A DNA stretch of 37,979 bases, taken from contig JASJQH010006926.1 of assembly GCA_040143965.1 (NCBI GenBank), forward strand, positions 1 to 37,979, given 5' to 3'. Below are positions 34,817 to 37,979 of this stretch, one piece after another. Each line of letters begins with the position of its first letter. Within the stretch, counting starts at the first letter, position 1. The stretch is from Basidiobolus ranarum (Eukaryota). The position numbers and the translations under genes are program-made. The notes under the pieces are model-generated. The model saw only the letters and a program-made list of their open reading frames with translations. It ran no database searches and was not told the origin of the DNA.

Positions 34817-37155
34817 CTAAAAATATTGGTGTCGTGTTGCCTTACCAACTCCATTTCCATCCAAAAAAATCGAATGTGTTTTTTTGTGAACGAGTTTGCT
34901 CCTGTACTTCAGAACCAACAAGCCTATTTTGCTCTGTAGATGTTGAGCCGAGTTCCTCTGGCTTCTCAAACTGATTTTTGGTAAGGTTCTTGCGTTTTTT
35001 CGTAGAGAGTTTCCAGGTTCCACTCTTATTGATTTCCGAGTATAGCTCGGGATTTCTGTATGATGGGTAAAATTCATGAGCGCATGTATATCAAGCAATC
35101 CAGAAGAGTCAAAAAACCTTTTCAAGTGATCCCAAAGCTCCGTCACGAATTCATCAACTACTCCAGGAACCGACTTCTTCAGTTTCTCTATTCCTAAAGC
35201 GATAATATTCAACGCATCTGTGGCTTCAGGGTGTTTGTCTCTAATCTATTAAATCCTCGGTTAATGAATTAGATTTTAAAAGGCTCTCATCAAGAAAAAG
35301 TACTTTAAAAACAGTAGGCAGAAGAACATTATCTGTTAGCGGATCAACGCCTAGATCTGGGGCCATTACTCCCCTTTCCTCAAATGCCTCGCCAGGTAAT
35401 CTAAAGCCAATTGGTTTTACAGTCTCCAATCTATGATTTTCATTCGCACAAACATTAGTTAGGGGATTATAAAGTGTTCATGTCATGTAAATATACCCTT
35501 CGTCGAAGGAATCGCTCATTTCATAAAATTTCTTCATTTCTGCTAGAGATATGGTAGCTTCAGAAATAATTGAGGTCTAGATGTCATATTAATTAAGCTT
35601 TATATCTCTATTACAAAGCCGATTTACGTTACGAAAATACTAACCCTAGTTCCAAGACTAAGTTCTTTTACTGTTTTGTGAGTCATCTTAACTGTATCGA
35701 AATCCCAGGACATGTAATAATTCTCTTCAGTCTGAACGGTACTGTTAAGAATGGATTAGGATAACAAGGATACAAAATTGTAAGGCTATGAATTACTTAC
35801 GGAGTCCTCCAAGTTTCGGCAAATGAGTCCCCTTCATCTTCAGTAATTTTCCATTGCTCAAATTGCTCAATTAGCTCTTGAAGGCAGACCACTCCCTTCT
35901 TGGCATTTTTTATAAATGGGTGCTTCAGGAGTTCTTTGGCCGAAGGACGCTAACAAAATGGAAAGATTCAATACCAAAGTTAGAAGGCCCATAGATATCC
36001 CAAGATGATAATCTACCTCGCTTTGGCTTTTAGTTAAGCACAAAGAGACAAACTCTTTGAATTCTGCGGAAAATCTTCCCTCTAATACAGGAGGATTGCT
36101 TTTCGGGATGAGAAATAGCACTCTCATGGGATGAAAATCGGCGTAAGGAGGCTGTCCATGAGCCATTTCGATCGCAGTTATCCCTAGAGACCAAATATCC
36201 GCCTTGGAAGCATTAGATCATGGCACGGGTAATGTACCTTATAGATTCAGGTCTTTACCTTCGAATCGTACCCTGTCTGTTGAATCACTTCGGGTGCCAT
36301 CCAAAACTATATCATATATGCATTACTAGCTATATCCGATGTATGATCATTAGTTGAAAACCTACTGGTGTGCCCACAAACGTGCGTCGTTTACTTTTTT
36401 GATGAGCAAGTTGTGCAGCGACGCCGAAGTCAGCTGCAAGATAGCAAAAGTTATTCACTTAGGAAGTACGCACATTCAAAATCCTTTAACTGGATAATTA
36501 CCCAATTTTACGTTTCCTTCGCCGGATAGTAGAACATTTGCACCTAATCCCAAAGATTGAATCGATTACTACCAGAAATATCAGAAAGGGAGGACAAAGA
36601 GTTGATTCCTACATTTGATATCACGATGTATCTTCCCTTCTGAATGCAGATAATCCAACCCCAATAATAGCTCTCTTATGATTACCGCGATTAATTGCTC
36701 TGGGAACGGACCTGGTTTAAGCTAACCTTAACGTATTAATAAGCACTCGATTGTAATGATGGTACATTGATTTTAAACACTTGCCAAATCCAAACACGAG
36801 CCACCTGACATATATTCCATAACTAAAAGCGAAAGTCCAATACGTTAAAGATATTCTACTATGCACTTCACTAACTTTAGGGAGGCATCCTACCAATCCA
36901 TAACTTAAATCCTTTTACGTAAGAGTTATAATAACGAGTTATATAATCAGAGTCGCATTGTGATAGTAAAGCAATTTCTTGTTGAATGTCAGAAATATCA
37001 TCTTCCGCTGCCTCCATATCAATCTTCTTGATGGCGACAAGCCGCTTCATTGTTTTATGTATTGCTTTATATACAGTCCCAAACGAGCCGCTGCCAAGCT
37101 TTTCTAGTACTGTATATATTTGCTCTGGATCTTCTCGGCTCACAGTTCTGACCAT
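34817..37155 (-). CDS. STE20-family germinal-centre kinase (GCK-III/Sid1-like), multi-exon
   Basis: [95 protein letters not shown], helical C-terminal region. Confidence 0.93.
36722..36784 (-). other. Non-canonical GC-AG intron in the kinase gene
   Basis: GAT TTG|GCAAGT...GTTAG|CTT AAA CCA restores CLDL-LKPGP; read-through hits TAA at the fourth codon and the nearby GT donor gives a frameshift or stop. Confidence 0.85.
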
Positions 37156-37535
37156 GGTAAAATGCTTCAATATGAATTAGCGCTAACTTGCAAGATGACT
37201 ACCGCTTCACCAGGGTAGCGATATGAAAAGATTATTTATCTGAGTGAACCTGAAGTCTGGGAAGGGCGCAGGTCAAGTTCAAAAATTGGAGAGACTGTAT
37301 ATGGTTTACAGTATTTAGGGGAACTCTCGATTCACTAGAATAGCCATTGTTACTAAAACGATTGACTTGGTTGAAATAATACCAAGTAAAACTGGTCTGT
37401 ATTCAAGACAATATACATAGTTTAGGTTGTCTATATGAACAATATTATGGAATGAAACTCTGCATTTCGATTTACTAGCATGGAAGGTGATGAGAGCATT
37501 ATTTTATTAATTTTGGTTGTACACGATCTATATAT

Positions 37536-37579
37536 ATGCCACCTATTGATGCCACCTATTGATGCTACCTATATATGCT
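37536..37579. repeat. 13-bp imperfect tandem repeat x3.4
   Basis: ATGCCACCTATTG ATGCCACCTATTG ATGCTACCTATAT ATGCT. Confidence 0.8.
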
Positions 37580-37772
37580 TCATGTTTGTTAATTTAATGC
37601 CGATACCCGCGAATCCGTAAGCATCAAATGGGAAATATATTAAAGCTGGGCTGTTTATTGATAAGCGTCAGGTGAAATCATAGTCAACTCGAATATGATT
37701 AAGCTTACAATCATGTCATGTATATGCCGAATCGACTCTTAAACAGGAATGACGAGTCGTGTGACTCATTCA

Positions 37773-37967
37773 TCAAGTGTATTTCAAATTCGCCCAGACC
37801 CTTCTAACTTTGCCAGCATTAAACACCGGCTCATAACGATGATTTTGCACAAATTCAACCAAGATCCATGTGTTGGCTAAAAAGAACAAGATTGCTGAGA
37901 TCCATAGTTGATAAAATACATTTTGCCCAAGGAATTCTAACTGATATCCATAGTTCAACCAGAGACC
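37773..37967 (-). CDS. GPI14: GPI mannosyltransferase 1 (PIG-M), last exon; rest of gene outside window
   Basis: After acceptor TTTTTTTAG: GLWLNYGYQLEFLGQNVFYQLWISAILFFLANTWIL, the typical PIG-M/Gpi14 C-terminal LWL..Y.LEF.G motif. Confidence 0.85.
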   Translation of the reverse strand, partial: GLWLNYGYQLEFLGQNVFYQLWISAILFFLANTWILVEFVQNHRYEPVFNAGKVRRVWANLKYT

Positions 37968-37979
37968 CTAAAAAAAGCG

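Noticed and set aside
37536-37579. Short tandem repeats (here and at 26262) as CRISPR-like arrays
   Set aside because: Contiguous 10-13 bp units without spacers in a eukaryotic genome; simple minisatellites.

Overview
Gene-dense, AT-rich eukaryotic genomic DNA with many short (~50-110 nt) spliceosomal introns. Gene content (fungal PDC/ADH, Sso-type syntaxin, GPI14) plus ancestral features lost from yeasts (ITFG2, a U12-type intron) point to an early-diverging fungus (Zoopagomycota/Mucoromycota-like; this is an inference). I spliced the genes by hand and support about 19 conserved genes: PDC (3' end), ADH, SEC17, mitochondrial uL2, BUD31, RVB1, cyclin B, a pathogen-related protein, mitochondrial GatA, CCT2, a GPI-type aspartic protease, ITFG2, syntaxin, a centrin-like EF-hand protein, UBL3/MUB, RPE1, a tandem-SCP2 protein with PTS1, a PEX14-like protein, a GCK/STE20 kinase and GPI14 (3' end), plus two orphan small ORFs. 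BUD31 and UBL3 are essentially invisible in the supplied ORF track. Most notable: (1) an intact ITFG2 gene, implying a KICSTOR-like mTORC1/GATOR1 module in a fungus; (2) a textbook minor-spliceosome intron in CCT2; (3) a hidden four-exon UBL3/MUB gene with a CAAX box; (4) a tightly linked PDC-ADH pair. I found no tRNA, rRNA, CRISPR array or recognisable mobile element. All family assignments are from motif recognition, not database searches.
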